From assembly GCA_964648565.1 (NCBI GenBank), contig CAZYLG010000004.1:1-53439 (forward strand): a stretch of DNA of 53,439 nucleotides, given 5' to 3'. A model generated the notes under the pieces. That model was not told the DNA's origin, did no database searches, and worked only from the letters and a program-made list of their open reading frames with translations. The DNA is from an uncultured Thermoplasmatales archaeon. Lineage in GTDB: Archaea > Thermoplasmatota > E2 > DHVEG-1. This document shows, piece by piece, positions 1 through 9,853 of the stretch (its first letter is position 1; each line of letters starts with the position of its first letter). Position numbers and translations under genes: made by a program.

Positions 1-178
1 ATGCTGAGTATCATGGTGTGTTGACTGAACAGTTTATTGCAGGTAGATTTTATAAAAAAGAATAACGGTTTTTAACTGCAATTCTCTTGAAAATAGCACA
101 TGGTTGATAAAATAAGATAGGTTCAAAGGTAGTCAGTTGTTAAATAATATTAATATATAATAATAAATAAAAATATGC

Positions 179-190
179 GTTGACGTCAAC
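179..190. promoter_or_regulatory. Perfect 12-bp palindrome GTTGACGTCAAC abutting the ATG (192) of the first gene
   Basis: Read directly from the sequence. It is a GC-containing palindrome at the end of an extremely AT-rich leader. Confidence 0.25.
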
Positions 191-1382
191 AATGGATTCA
201 ATTACAAAATTAAAAAGACAAAAAACAAAATATTCATTTCATACTACTTGTGAAATTGAACTCAGTCGGAATGCATCTTTAGTTAAGACAAATAAAGATT
301 TTAAAAATTTTTTCTATCTGCCTTGGGATATTTACAAGAATGATTCGAATTGGGTTCCACCATTTTGGATAGAATACACTAATTTTTTTGATAAACATAA
401 CCCATTTTGGAATCATGCTGAATCTGCATTATTTATGGTAAAAAGGAATAATAAAATAGTGGGACGCATTGCAGCAATAATTGATTATCTTTATTGTAAA
501 ACTATGAATCAAAATATTGGTTTTTTTGGATTTTTTGAATGTATTAATGATACGTATTATGCAACTGAACTGTTTAACAATGCTGAGCATTGGCTTTCGA
601 TGAAAGGTATGAAAACAATGCAAGGGCCAATCAATGGCAGAATAGATAACGGTTGCGGATTTTTACAGGATGGTTTTGATATTCAACCAAGCATACTCTC
701 CTCATATTCGCCAAAATATTATCTTTCCCTTGTTAAGAATTATGATATGAAGAAATCTAAGGATCAAATAACATATATGATAGATCTTAGGAAACCAATC
801 CCTCAAATACTGAGGAAAAAATCCAAAGATTGTATAGATTCAGGCATTCGTCTGAGGCATTTTAACAGATTACGTGCGAATAAGGAATTGGAATGGTGGA
901 TTCCTCTTTTTTTAGAAACCTTTTCAGATCATTGGGGATATGTTCCCGTTTCACCAGAAGAAGTGAGAACTCGATTTGGAATAAAACAATTACGATGGAT
1001 TGTCGATCCTGATTTGTTTCTTATTGCTGAAATGAATAAAAGACCAATTGCATATATTTGGGCAACTCCAGATTATAATCAACTTTTTAAATCGATGAAT
1101 GGTAAATTTGGTATTTTTCAGATCCTTAATCTATTACGTAATAAAAAAAATATTGATCATGGTAAATTGCATTTTATTGGAATAAAGGAGAATATGCGTC
1201 AGAATAACATTGCGTCATTACTAAACTATACATCATTATTTGAAATGAAAAAAAGAGGATATAAACTAGCAGAGGTCGGATGGATAGACGAAAAGAACGT
1301 TACCGCTCATAAAACGATTAAACTAACCGGAGCTCAACTATACAAAAAATATCGTGTTTTTGAAAAAACAATTTCATCATAA
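180..1382 (+). CDS. GNAT-fold acyltransferase-like protein, specificity unknown
   Basis: 400-aa ORF. The central 'MQGPINGRIDNGCGFLQDGFDIQPSILSSYSPKYY' and C-terminal 'AEVGWIDEKNVTAHKTIKLTGAQLYKKYRVFEK' resemble a widespread ~390-aa family usually annotated as N-acetyltransferase. The ATG at 192 is a more likely start than the TTG at 180. Confidence 0.55.
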   Translation: MTSTMDSITKLKRQKTKYSFHTTCEIELSRNASLVKTNKDFKNFFYLPWDIYKNDSNWVPPFWIEYTNFFDKHNPFWNHAESALFMVKRNNKIVGRIAAIIDYLYCKTMNQNIGFFGFFECINDTYYATELFNNAEHWLSMKGMKTMQGPINGRIDNGCGFLQDGFDIQPSILSSYSPKYYLSLVKNYDMKKSKDQITYMIDLRKPIPQILRKKSKDCIDSGIRLRHFNRLRANKELEWWIPLFLETFSDHWGYVPVSPEEVRTRFGIKQLRWIVDPDLFLIAEMNKRPIAYIWATPDYNQLFKSMNGKFGIFQILNLLRNKKNIDHGKLHFIGIKENMRQNNIASLLNYTSLFEMKKRGYKLAEVGWIDEKNVTAHKTIKLTGAQLYKKYRVFEKTISS

Positions 1383-1401
1383 TGGGGGATAATTAAAAAT
1401 T

Positions 1402-4400
1402 ATGATTTTAAATCAAAGAAAAATATCCCATCATATTTTTATTCTCTTATTTTTATTATTAATTCTTATTCCTTCGATTTATTCAACAGAAATACCAAAT
1501 ACCTGGCACGATGAATATTCGTTTATTCAAAAAATAGATCTCTTAATAGATACAAGTAATACTCATGCACATCATCAGCCTATTGACCTACCTATTACAT
1601 TTAGTAATCCTTGTTGGGCAAAAAATGAAAATGAACATTCAATCCGAGTAATATGTCAACAAGATACCAAGTGGTATGAACTAGAATCCCAAATTTATGA
1701 TTTAGAGTCAACTGAAACAAATTATATCTCAAAATGTAACCTTATATTTTTAATTCCAGAATTTGCAGATGGAAGTGAGGCATACTATGTGCTCTATGAT
1801 GATTCTGAAAAAGAGTCTCCAGCATACACAGATCATGTTAGATATCAAGAGTCTTCGTACCATTATGAACCCATTCCAGGATATCCTTTACAATCAGAAT
1901 ATTATGAGATTATAGATGATGATTTTATCAATTATATGATATCATATGATGGAGAATTTATGGGGTATGACACCTGCCAACATGTCTACAAAATGATAGA
2001 TGGCACTACTGAAATATTGCCAAAAAATGCTGAACTATTCGCTTCTTTTGATTATAAATATTGTTATAATGATGGATTGTTTGATTACAGTTCAACAAGT
2101 CAAAGACTTGTTTCAAAGGAAGTGGTTACTGATGGTAATCTTATGATAGAAATAGGAATAGTAAGCACTTCAAAATTTAATGATTTAAAAACCACGGCAA
2201 CATACAAATATTATCACTGTCCTGATTCAAATAAACGAATTCATGTTAATGTAATCCATGAAACACTAGAAGAAATTACTGTCTATGATCAAGCTCGAAC
2301 AGATGGTGCATTTGCTTCGATGCAAGCAGGAGGTGTGAAGAGTAGATCTATAAATGAATTAAATATTGGTCAAATTTTGCCTTGGATGCATTTTAAAAAT
2401 GAATTTAATACCATCTCTGAATATCCTTTAGACCTTGATCCTGAGTATATAAAAGAAGATCCTGACATCCGAGTTATCAGTGTCCATGATGATATTGATC
2501 TTGGTCAACATCCTTGGATTACCTTTGACAGTGGAGAAGTAGGAAAAACTCATGCTCTAATATTCGACTCAAATAACCTTGTTCAATCTGGCACTCAAGA
2601 AAACGATGGGATACAAATTAATGCATTTCAAATGGATTATCCTCATCTCTCAGGTCTTGAAAACAATATTGCAACAGTTCAAGCTGGAAGAAACTCTATC
2701 GAAACAGGCCAAAGCCATGATTTAATTATACCAAAAGATTTTGTTGTGGAGTTCGATGCAGCATTTTTTTCATCAGATTCAATGGGATACCAAATAGCTG
2801 AAGAGGAAACATCAATATTTCAGACTCTTGTGGAAATGAAACCAGGTGATTCAAATGATTATAAAATGGATTCAGATGACAAGGAAGTATATGATCTTAA
2901 AGCACTGGTTCATCATGCACCATCTATTCCAATGGGATCAAGCTTGTCGGCAGCTCTTGGATTTAATTTATCGTATATCACTGTTGAATTATATGAAAAT
3001 AACAATTTTCTTTCGTCCCAAAATGCAGTACGAGTACCACTGAATACGATCGATGAATTCGAAGATTCAACGTTTTTTAGCAAAATCATGTCTTATTATA
3101 AAATATTAGATTTAAGTAATGTTTCTTTGTTCAAAAAAATTGTTTTTTCAGATATTGAAGAGGGAACATATTTATTGAAAGTATATCGCGAGAATCCATT
3201 GAGATCTGATCAACGAAAATATATTGGGTATTCAATCGTTGAATTAACCGAGGATACTCTTACACGAATTCTATGTCGGCAGGAATCTTCGTTGACACTT
3301 TCAATAATTGATCAAAACAAAGAACCTGTGAAAGATGTGGATGTTAGAATACAAAAAGATGGTCAGATTATTTCGTCGACGAAATCAGATGCAAGAGGCA
3401 AAGCAATCATCATGGTTCCCTCAAGTCCCAAAGATTACATATTACAAATTCGTTACAATAGTGATACACTCATTGAAGAATCAGTAAAACTCAATTATTT
3501 ACGTTCATTTATTACTAAGGAGAAAACTATTTCAATAGAACGGTATGATCTTCGTGTACAAATTTTAGACAGCTGGAATAAACCCCTTGGATTTGATTCA
3601 AAACCGATACTAAATATAAAAGATTCTCCACTCTCAGCTACCAGACAGGCGGAAACTAAAGAAAATGAATATTTATTTACAAATCTCACTCCAAATACGT
3701 ACATTTTATCTTTAAAATATAAAAATTTCTTTGTGAATGAGACAATTGAAATTACTAAAGATACAGAGTTAACTATGGATTTCCCTGCTGAATTTGAGAT
3801 AACATTTACTATTGTTGATAAACGAGGAGGTAACCTGAAAGAATCTAAGATAATCATTCAAAGAAATGATATAAAAAAGGTGTATAATGCCGAGTCTTGT
3901 TTCTCAATTCAATTACCGCCAGCAGAGTATCAAATTGATATTCTGAATGAAAATCAAATTATTGGGTCGAGATCAATTCAGGTCTTCGGTGAAAAAAACG
4001 TTGATATACTGACCATTCAGGAACCAATATATCCTATTATTATCATTATGGGTGTGTTCATTTTCAGCTTAATATCTCTTATTTTTTTATGGTTTACCGA
4101 TAGAAAAAAGATTATCATTATTCTGTTACTTCTTTCATTACTTATTACTTCTCTAGTTATGCCTTGGTGGGAAATTAACGGAAATACAAAAAATGTGGAA
4201 TCCACAACGCAATTATTTCTTATTCCATCAACTATGGTTACCCTTTATGAAACAGAGGATAGCATAAGTGGTGAGCCATCTTATTTACCTCAAGAATTTG
4301 AAATAGGATTATTTGTTATCATCTTTTTAATTTTAAGTGGGTGTAGTATCATGGTATTATCCGAATATGCAAAAGAAAAAAACCTAATTAAGAAAACATA

Positions 4401-4674
4401 TCAAATTTTGCTATCGATACTTCCAGCAATATTATTGATTATTAGTATTATTGGTTTCCTAATTGCCTTAAACGAACTTTGCGCTATCGGTATTGGTAGT
4501 ATAGTCGGATCCGGCATAATTGAAACAGGAATACCTGGTAAAACTGGATTTTACTCCTTATCAAGTACCTGGGGTCCAAGTATTGGTTTTTACCTTCTTT
4601 TATTATCAACATTAATTTATGTCCTCTTTAATTTATATGAACTAATGATATTGAGGAAAAAATATGAACAATAA
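1402..4674 (+). CDS. Large membrane-anchored surface protein with CarboxypepD_reg-like beta-sandwich repeats
   Basis: 1090-aa ORF with an N-terminal signal/anchor ('IFILLFLLLILIPSIYS') and a ~850-aa extracytoplasmic region. That region holds three repeats of the carboxypeptidase-regulatory-like pattern (e.g. 'LSIIDQNKEPVKDVDVRIQKDGQIISSTKSDARGKAII'). About 5 C-terminal TM helices follow. GGGGGA lies upstream of the ATG. Confidence 0.6.
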   Translation: MILNQRKISHHIFILLFLLLILIPSIYSTEIPNTWHDEYSFIQKIDLLIDTSNTHAHHQPIDLPITFSNPCWAKNENEHSIRVICQQDTKWYELESQIYDLESTETNYISKCNLIFLIPEFADGSEAYYVLYDDSEKESPAYTDHVRYQESSYHYEPIPGYPLQSEYYEIIDDDFINYMISYDGEFMGYDTCQHVYKMIDGTTEILPKNAELFASFDYKYCYNDGLFDYSSTSQRLVSKEVVTDGNLMIEIGIVSTSKFNDLKTTATYKYYHCPDSNKRIHVNVIHETLEEITVYDQARTDGAFASMQAGGVKSRSINELNIGQILPWMHFKNEFNTISEYPLDLDPEYIKEDPDIRVISVHDDIDLGQHPWITFDSGEVGKTHALIFDSNNLVQSGTQENDGIQINAFQMDYPHLSGLENNIATVQAGRNSIETGQSHDLIIPKDFVVEFDAAFFSSDSMGYQIAEEETSIFQTLVEMKPGDSNDYKMDSDDKEVYDLKALVHHAPSIPMGSSLSAALGFNLSYITVELYENNNFLSSQNAVRVPLNTIDEFEDSTFFSKIMSYYKILDLSNVSLFKKIVFSDIEEGTYLLKVYRENPLRSDQRKYIGYSIVELTEDTLTRILCRQESSLTLSIIDQNKEPVKDVDVRIQKDGQIISSTKSDARGKAIIMVPSSPKDYILQIRYNSDTLIEESVKLNYLRSFITKEKTISIERYDLRVQILDSWNKPLGFDSKPILNIKDSPLSATRQAETKENEYLFTNLTPNTYILSLKYKNFFVNETIEITKDTELTMDFPAEFEITFTIVDKRGGNLKESKIIIQRNDIKKVYNAESCFSIQLPPAEYQIDILNENQIIGSRSIQVFGEKNVDILTIQEPIYPIIIIMGVFIFSLISLIFLWFTDRKKIIIILLLLSLLITSLVMPWWEINGNTKNVESTTQLFLIPSTMVTLYETEDSISGEPSYLPQEFEIGLFVIIFLILSGCSIMVLSEYAKEKNLIKKTYQILLSILPAILLIISIIGFLIALNELCAIGIGSIVGSGIIETGIPGKTGFYSLSSTWGPSIGFYLLLLSTLIYVLFNLYELMILRKKYEQ

Positions 4675-5782
4675 AAAACAAAAAGATAGATTTCGAAATA
4701 TACAACACCCATTATTTGGTATTTCATTTAAAAACTGGATAAATCTTGTTAAAAATAATGGATACATTGATCTTACTTACTTAGATAGAGCTGCTTTTAT
4801 CACACTGGGTTCCCTGTTCACTTTACCAGCTCGATTATACTTTAATAAACATATCAAACCAAAAATCAAGCGATATACTATGAAGAAACATCCAGTCATC
4901 ATTATCGGTCATTGGAGAAGTGGAACCACCTATTTGCATGAATTGCTCAGTCAAGATTCTCAATTTTGCTATGTCTCCTTAATGAATACAATGTTACCGA
5001 ATAGTTTTTTATTTTTTGATTCCTCAAAACAATTTCTTTCAAACTTTCTTCCAAAAACCCGTCCGATGGATAATATTGAGGTACATATTGATGGTCCTTA
5101 TGAAGAAGAAGCTGGATTGGCAGTCTTATCCCCTTATTCATTCTTTCATGCGCTACACTTTCCAAAAAATGCTGAGAAACAATATTTGAAATCGATACAT
5201 TTTCTAGGATTAACTGAAAGTGAGAAACAGCAGTGGAAAGAAATGTATAATAATTTTATGAAAACAATTGTTTATGCAAATAATGGTAAACAGCTCCTGC
5301 TCAAGGACCCTGCAAATACTGCCCGTATTCCATTATTATTAGAATTATATCCAAATGCAAAATTCATTCATATCTACAGAAATCCTTACAAGGTTTATAT
5401 GTCTACAATTAAAATGAGGAACAAAGTATTAGAAAAATTAGCACTACAAAAAGGAGATCGTGTTGAAATTGAAAAGCAAGTAATCAATAATTATAAGCGA
5501 TTGATGAAAAGTTATTTTGAACAAAAAAAGTTGATTCCTGAACAAAATCTGATTGAGATTCGATATGAAGATTTGGTAAAAAATCCTTTAGGTCAAGTGC
5601 AAGAAATTTACTCTAAACTACAGATTTCTAATATCACAAAAGCAATTCCTGCAATGAAACGATATCTAGAACAAAAGAAAAATTACAGAACAAATAGGTA
5701 TACAATCGACCAAGAAATTATTTCCCATATTAAAAAAGAATGGAGTTTTACCATTGATCGTTGGAATTACCATCCGCCATAG
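4664..5782 (+). CDS. Sulfotransferase family protein
   Basis: PAPS 5'-phosphosulfate-binding loop 'IIGHWRSGTTYLHELL' and a 3'-phosphate motif 'YRNPYKVYMS'. The start overlaps the upstream stop by 11 nt, which suggests translational coupling. Confidence 0.75.
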   Translation: MNNKKQKDRFRNIQHPLFGISFKNWINLVKNNGYIDLTYLDRAAFITLGSLFTLPARLYFNKHIKPKIKRYTMKKHPVIIIGHWRSGTTYLHELLSQDSQFCYVSLMNTMLPNSFLFFDSSKQFLSNFLPKTRPMDNIEVHIDGPYEEEAGLAVLSPYSFFHALHFPKNAEKQYLKSIHFLGLTESEKQQWKEMYNNFMKTIVYANNGKQLLLKDPANTARIPLLLELYPNAKFIHIYRNPYKVYMSTIKMRNKVLEKLALQKGDRVEIEKQVINNYKRLMKSYFEQKKLIPEQNLIEIRYEDLVKNPLGQVQEIYSKLQISNITKAIPAMKRYLEQKKNYRTNRYTIDQEIISHIKKEWSFTIDRWNYHPP

Positions 5783-5921
5783 AATGATGTGAACAATTCA
5801 TCTGATTTTATTTGTAAAATATAGAAAATAGTGATAATCAATATTCTTTATTGAATTCAAAAACGCTTTTAATCGAATAGAAATGTCAAAATAATGAATG
5901 CCAATGTATATCTTCTGAACA

Positions 5922-7223
5922 ATGGAAAATGATAAAACAATAAAAACAATCAAAGTTGCGATACTTGCTGAAGAACCACTTGGTTGGGGATCTGGAAAAC
6001 ATTACTTTCCAGTCATATTAAATAATTATTCATGGAATGTTAAAAAAAAGAAATATAAGTTTGTTACCTCATTTGTTTATGATAAGGATATCCTTAGTAA
6101 TAAGTTGGTAACGTCAAACTTTGATGTTTTACTAGTTCCTGGTGGCGGAGTTGGAGATGGACAGTGTATAAAAAAAGGATTTAAAAATATTCCAAAAGTA
6201 AGAAAATGGAAAAATTGTATTAAAAGATTTATCCAGGAGGGGAATGGCTATGTTGGAATTTGTGGAGGTGCAGCGTTATTAACTGAATTGGAGACTGAAA
6301 ATAAGAGAAAAACATTAGTTGAACGGTTATATAATAACAGTGCAATAACGGTATCTTCAGTAAAATCGTTTTACAACCATTTAGCATTTCCAATTTTTTA
6401 TCCAAAACAAAAGAAATCTCCGGAGAATGTTGGTGCGATGTCCTATGTTTTTTCATTTAAACCCGGAGAAATGACGGATGGCAGAAGGATTTTTTCTGCA
6501 GGTGTTCCAATTGATTTTATTATTGACACTTCTCATGATTTTTTTAAAGGATATAATGAAGATACGTTAAAAATGAGGTGGTGGGGAGGACCAGGTCTTA
6601 AATTAAAATCCAATCAACATGAAACTGTTGATATTCTTGCGAGATATCCTAGTTTTGATTTTTCAAAAAATAAAGAAACTAGAATACGTGCATGGTGTTA
6701 TACCGGTGGGTTTTTGGGATTGATTCGAGCTTTAAGAAAAGCATTGTTATTCATTAAAAGAGAGCAGATGTCATTAAAAAAAGTTCTCACTTTTACTTTC
6801 TATTTTATGGGAGATTGGAAAAAAACTAACAAATACATACAGTTAGATATGGGCGACCAAGTAGCCATGACTTTTGAAAAGTACCCTAATAAATATCAAG
6901 GAAGAATGGTTCTTTGTACAGCTCATCCTGAATACATGATATGGAATAGAGGATATATCGACGAAGATGATGATACTTCTTTCAATTGTATCGGTTCTGG
7001 TTTTCATCAATGGAAATCCATTCAAAATTTTTCTAAATCAGGTTTAAAAGAACTGACGAATACCTGGTGGGTTGTTAGAAGATCGGTTGCATGGGCAGCA
7101 AAAGTCACAGCTGATGATCTTCCACCGATTTATGATTACGTTCAATTAAATGATGATGTTAAAAGATTGGTAGGAGAAAACTTTTGGGATGGTACTGAAA
7201 AAAGTAAGATGGAAAATATTTAA
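5922..7223 (+). CDS. Class-I glutamine amidotransferase-like (BPL_N-like) protein
   Basis: 'DVLLVPGGGVGDG', a nucleophile elbow 'GYVGICGGAALL' and a late 'CTAHPEY' (His-Pro-Glu) fit a Cys-His-Glu GATase1/BPL_N fold. Function unknown. Confidence 0.5.
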   Translation: MENDKTIKTIKVAILAEEPLGWGSGKHYFPVILNNYSWNVKKKKYKFVTSFVYDKDILSNKLVTSNFDVLLVPGGGVGDGQCIKKGFKNIPKVRKWKNCIKRFIQEGNGYVGICGGAALLTELETENKRKTLVERLYNNSAITVSSVKSFYNHLAFPIFYPKQKKSPENVGAMSYVFSFKPGEMTDGRRIFSAGVPIDFIIDTSHDFFKGYNEDTLKMRWWGGPGLKLKSNQHETVDILARYPSFDFSKNKETRIRAWCYTGGFLGLIRALRKALLFIKREQMSLKKVLTFTFYFMGDWKKTNKYIQLDMGDQVAMTFEKYPNKYQGRMVLCTAHPEYMIWNRGYIDEDDDTSFNCIGSGFHQWKSIQNFSKSGLKELTNTWWVVRRSVAWAAKVTADDLPPIYDYVQLNDDVKRLVGENFWDGTEKSKMENI

Positions 7224-7229
7224 TAAATT

Positions 7230-8189
7230 TTGGTAGAGATCGTTATGATTAAAGAAAAAGATATATTTCATAATTTTTTTGAGATGTTAAAAAACCCATT
7301 CATCTTTTTGTCTCAATGGAGATCTTTACCCGTTTATGAATTAGTTAGCTACATATTGATGTTTTCATCCATTCCGCTCTTGTCTCATGGGATGGGATGC
7401 TATGATCTACATGATGTGTTAACTATCATTTTCACTGTTTTGTCACTTTATTCGGGCTTTTTTGCAGCCTTGATTTGGAATGATATTACCGATGCAGATA
7501 TTGATGCGATTGTGCACCCAGATCGTCCAATTCCTTCGTTAAAAATAAGTTCTAAAAATTTTTTCTTGATTGCTTTATTTTTTTCAGGGTTAACATTTTT
7601 GTTTTCATTCCTTGTCAATTTATATTTCTTTATTGGGGTTTTAATTTTAGCTATTTTTGTTGCGATTCATAATAAATATCTAAAACGATTCATCTCTCTT
7701 CCTGCGTATTCGGAGATTGTTACTCCATTTCAATGGTGCATGGTTCCAGTGTTGGGTTTTCTATCTTTTCAAAGAATAAATCTTATGGTTACATTGCTTT
7801 TTGTCCTTTTTACATATTTCTCAGTTAGTTCCCATGATATTCTACAAGGGATTCATGATTATAAGGGAGATGAAAAAAAGGGTGTTCAAACATATTGCAG
7901 TTCTTTTGGAGTTTCTAAAGCAATCATGGTATCATTGCTCTGGTTAATTATTTCAGGAATTTTTGGAATAGTAATTTATATCTTTACTGTCCTAGATATT
8001 ATTTTTTTAGTATTATTCATTTTGATTTGGATTTACACATTTCTGAAATATATTCCACTATTTCATTTGGAAACAAAATATATTGAGGAGAAAAGCATAT
8101 TAACAAGCAGGATAGGATATAATTATTTTCTATTTTTCTATGATATTGTTTTCTTTGATGTAATACTTCAACTCATATTTTTCAATTAG
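7230..8189 (+). CDS. UbiA-family prenyltransferase (DGGGP-synthase-like)
   Basis: First Asp-rich motif 'WNDITDADIDAIVHPDRPIPS' and second motif 'HDYKGDEKKGVQT'. The protein is polytopic. The ATG at 7245 is an alternative to the TTG at 7230. Confidence 0.75.
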   Translation: MVEIVMIKEKDIFHNFFEMLKNPFIFLSQWRSLPVYELVSYILMFSSIPLLSHGMGCYDLHDVLTIIFTVLSLYSGFFAALIWNDITDADIDAIVHPDRPIPSLKISSKNFFLIALFFSGLTFLFSFLVNLYFFIGVLILAIFVAIHNKYLKRFISLPAYSEIVTPFQWCMVPVLGFLSFQRINLMVTLLFVLFTYFSVSSHDILQGIHDYKGDEKKGVQTYCSSFGVSKAIMVSLLWLIISGIFGIVIYIFTVLDIIFLVLFILIWIYTFLKYIPLFHLETKYIEEKSILTSRIGYNYFLFFYDIVFFDVILQLIFFN

Positions 8190-8617
8190 CGTATTCTATT
8201 GATGGTTGGCACCTAGTGGTTTGGTATTATGTAATCGATGTTTGTTTATTTTGAAGAATATGGCAGCAACCGGTTGGATATTTACTGGTTCAACAATCTT
8301 TCTTGTTGGTATTAGAAGATAGTTTTTGGTATATTTCCAAATGATTTTTCACTTTTGAGTGAGTTTGAAAAAATAATATTCATTTACACTACTAATTAAT
8401 GGATTATCATAAGGAAAGATCGAATAATTGAAGGGATTGTTTAATGAAATAAATTTTTATCTTATTCTAAATAAATTAAACAAAACGTTGGTAACTATAA
8501 TTCATTTTATTATTCTTTAGTGAGTATTATGCATTTTCAATTTAAAATAACCTGGAAACCAATGGTTTAGTTATTCTACCATTTTCTACTTTAAAAGATC
8601 AAGCATATAAATATAAT

Positions 8618-9733
8618 TTAAAATTTCTTATTCACATATTCAAGAAGCTTCTTATCACTGAGCTTTACGCTAGCAGGTCCAATTCTAACAAAGAAATGGT
8701 CATCATTGTTCGTAGTTAAGAACACTGGTTTATGGCTTTTCATAGAATCTATTTTTAGAATTGTTTTTTTATCATTCATCTGAATTAGTTTAGATTTGAT
8801 TAAAGGCAGATATTGATTCCCAATATGGTTTTGGATTAGGTTTGTGTAATGTTGGTAGAATTTATCATTACTAGTAAAGCCATCATGATCGATTCCAACG
8901 ATTTTTCCATCATCTGCTACACCGATTAGCAGGGTTCCTCCATCAGTATTTAAAAAAGCAGTTATGGTCTTAAGTACGGCTAATTCTATTTTTTTATCTG
9001 GTTTTTTTGTGTGTAAATTCGTTCTGAGACTTGATTTGAATTCTAGTTGTTCACTTTCCCCTTGGTTTATTTTCTTTAGTATCTCCTTTGGTTTTACCTC
9101 TGTTTGGATGAAAAGATTGGGATTTTTTTTCATGAATGATTTTAGTAGGTTTTGAAATATTTTTCCTTCACCATAGGTTAAATAAAGATATTCTGCGGTT
9201 GATACCATACCTGCTCCAATGATGGTAATTAATAAGCCGATTGGTGCATAATCTATGGATATAGTTTCAAATATCTCGATTATTGTTTGTAATATGTAAA
9301 AAAAGACGGTCCAGATCGCACCAGCTGCAACGGAGAAGCTAAACGAAAAAACAGTAATAAGTAGAGGGCTTGTTTGAATCCGACTATTATAATAAAGAAT
9401 ATACATCAGGAGAAATCCAAATATTCCAAAGAAGATTCCGAGTATGAATTGAACAAGCAGTCCAGAAAATATTTTTTCTCCCAAAACAGTAAGAAATAAT
9501 GATAGAAGGTATAAGAGTTCAAAAGGGAGAGGTAATGAGATTGAAAGCATTCTTTTGATAAGTGATGGAGCAAAGCTAAGTAAGAATACAATGATGTAGA
9601 AAAGTTGGAATGTTGATCTATCTGATGTAAATTCAAGAGCTATTAATGCTAATAAAAGCAACCTGAAGACCCATAATGAAAAAAACCGTTTTTTATCAGT
9701 TTGCCTATACTCTTTTTTATCCAATGCCTGCAT
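8618..9733 (-). CDS. Membrane protein (~6 TM) fused to a C-terminal AlbA_2/Schlafen-type domain
   Basis: The N-terminal ~200 aa contain six hydrophobic helices. The C-terminus 'ESEQLEFKSSLR...LKTITAFLNTDGGTLLIGVADDGKIVGI...FFVRIGPASVKLS' matches the AlbA_2 (PF04326-like) signature. Confidence 0.65.
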   Translation of the reverse strand: MQALDKKEYRQTDKKRFFSLWVFRLLLLALIALEFTSDRSTFQLFYIIVFLLSFAPSLIKRMLSISLPLPFELLYLLSLFLTVLGEKIFSGLLVQFILGIFFGIFGFLLMYILYYNSRIQTSPLLITVFSFSFSVAAGAIWTVFFYILQTIIEIFETISIDYAPIGLLITIIGAGMVSTAEYLYLTYGEGKIFQNLLKSFMKKNPNLFIQTEVKPKEILKKINQGESEQLEFKSSLRTNLHTKKPDKKIELAVLKTITAFLNTDGGTLLIGVADDGKIVGIDHDGFTSNDKFYQHYTNLIQNHIGNQYLPLIKSKLIQMNDKKTILKIDSMKSHKPVFLTTNNDDHFFVRIGPASVKLSDKKLLEYVNKKF

Positions 9734-9853
9734 ATTTCCTCAAGGTCTGGAAAAGATAAATTTGGTTGATAAATATTGGCATATATTTTCATGAGTGATG
9801 AAGTTATTTCCAATAACATTATAAGTTATATAAAAAGATATATTTTTAAATAT

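Noticed and set aside
3-65. Open frame running off the 5' edge (…AEYHGVLTEQFIAGRFYKKE*) that could be the 3' end of an upstream gene.
   Set aside because: Only 20 codons are visible, which is too little to support a call.
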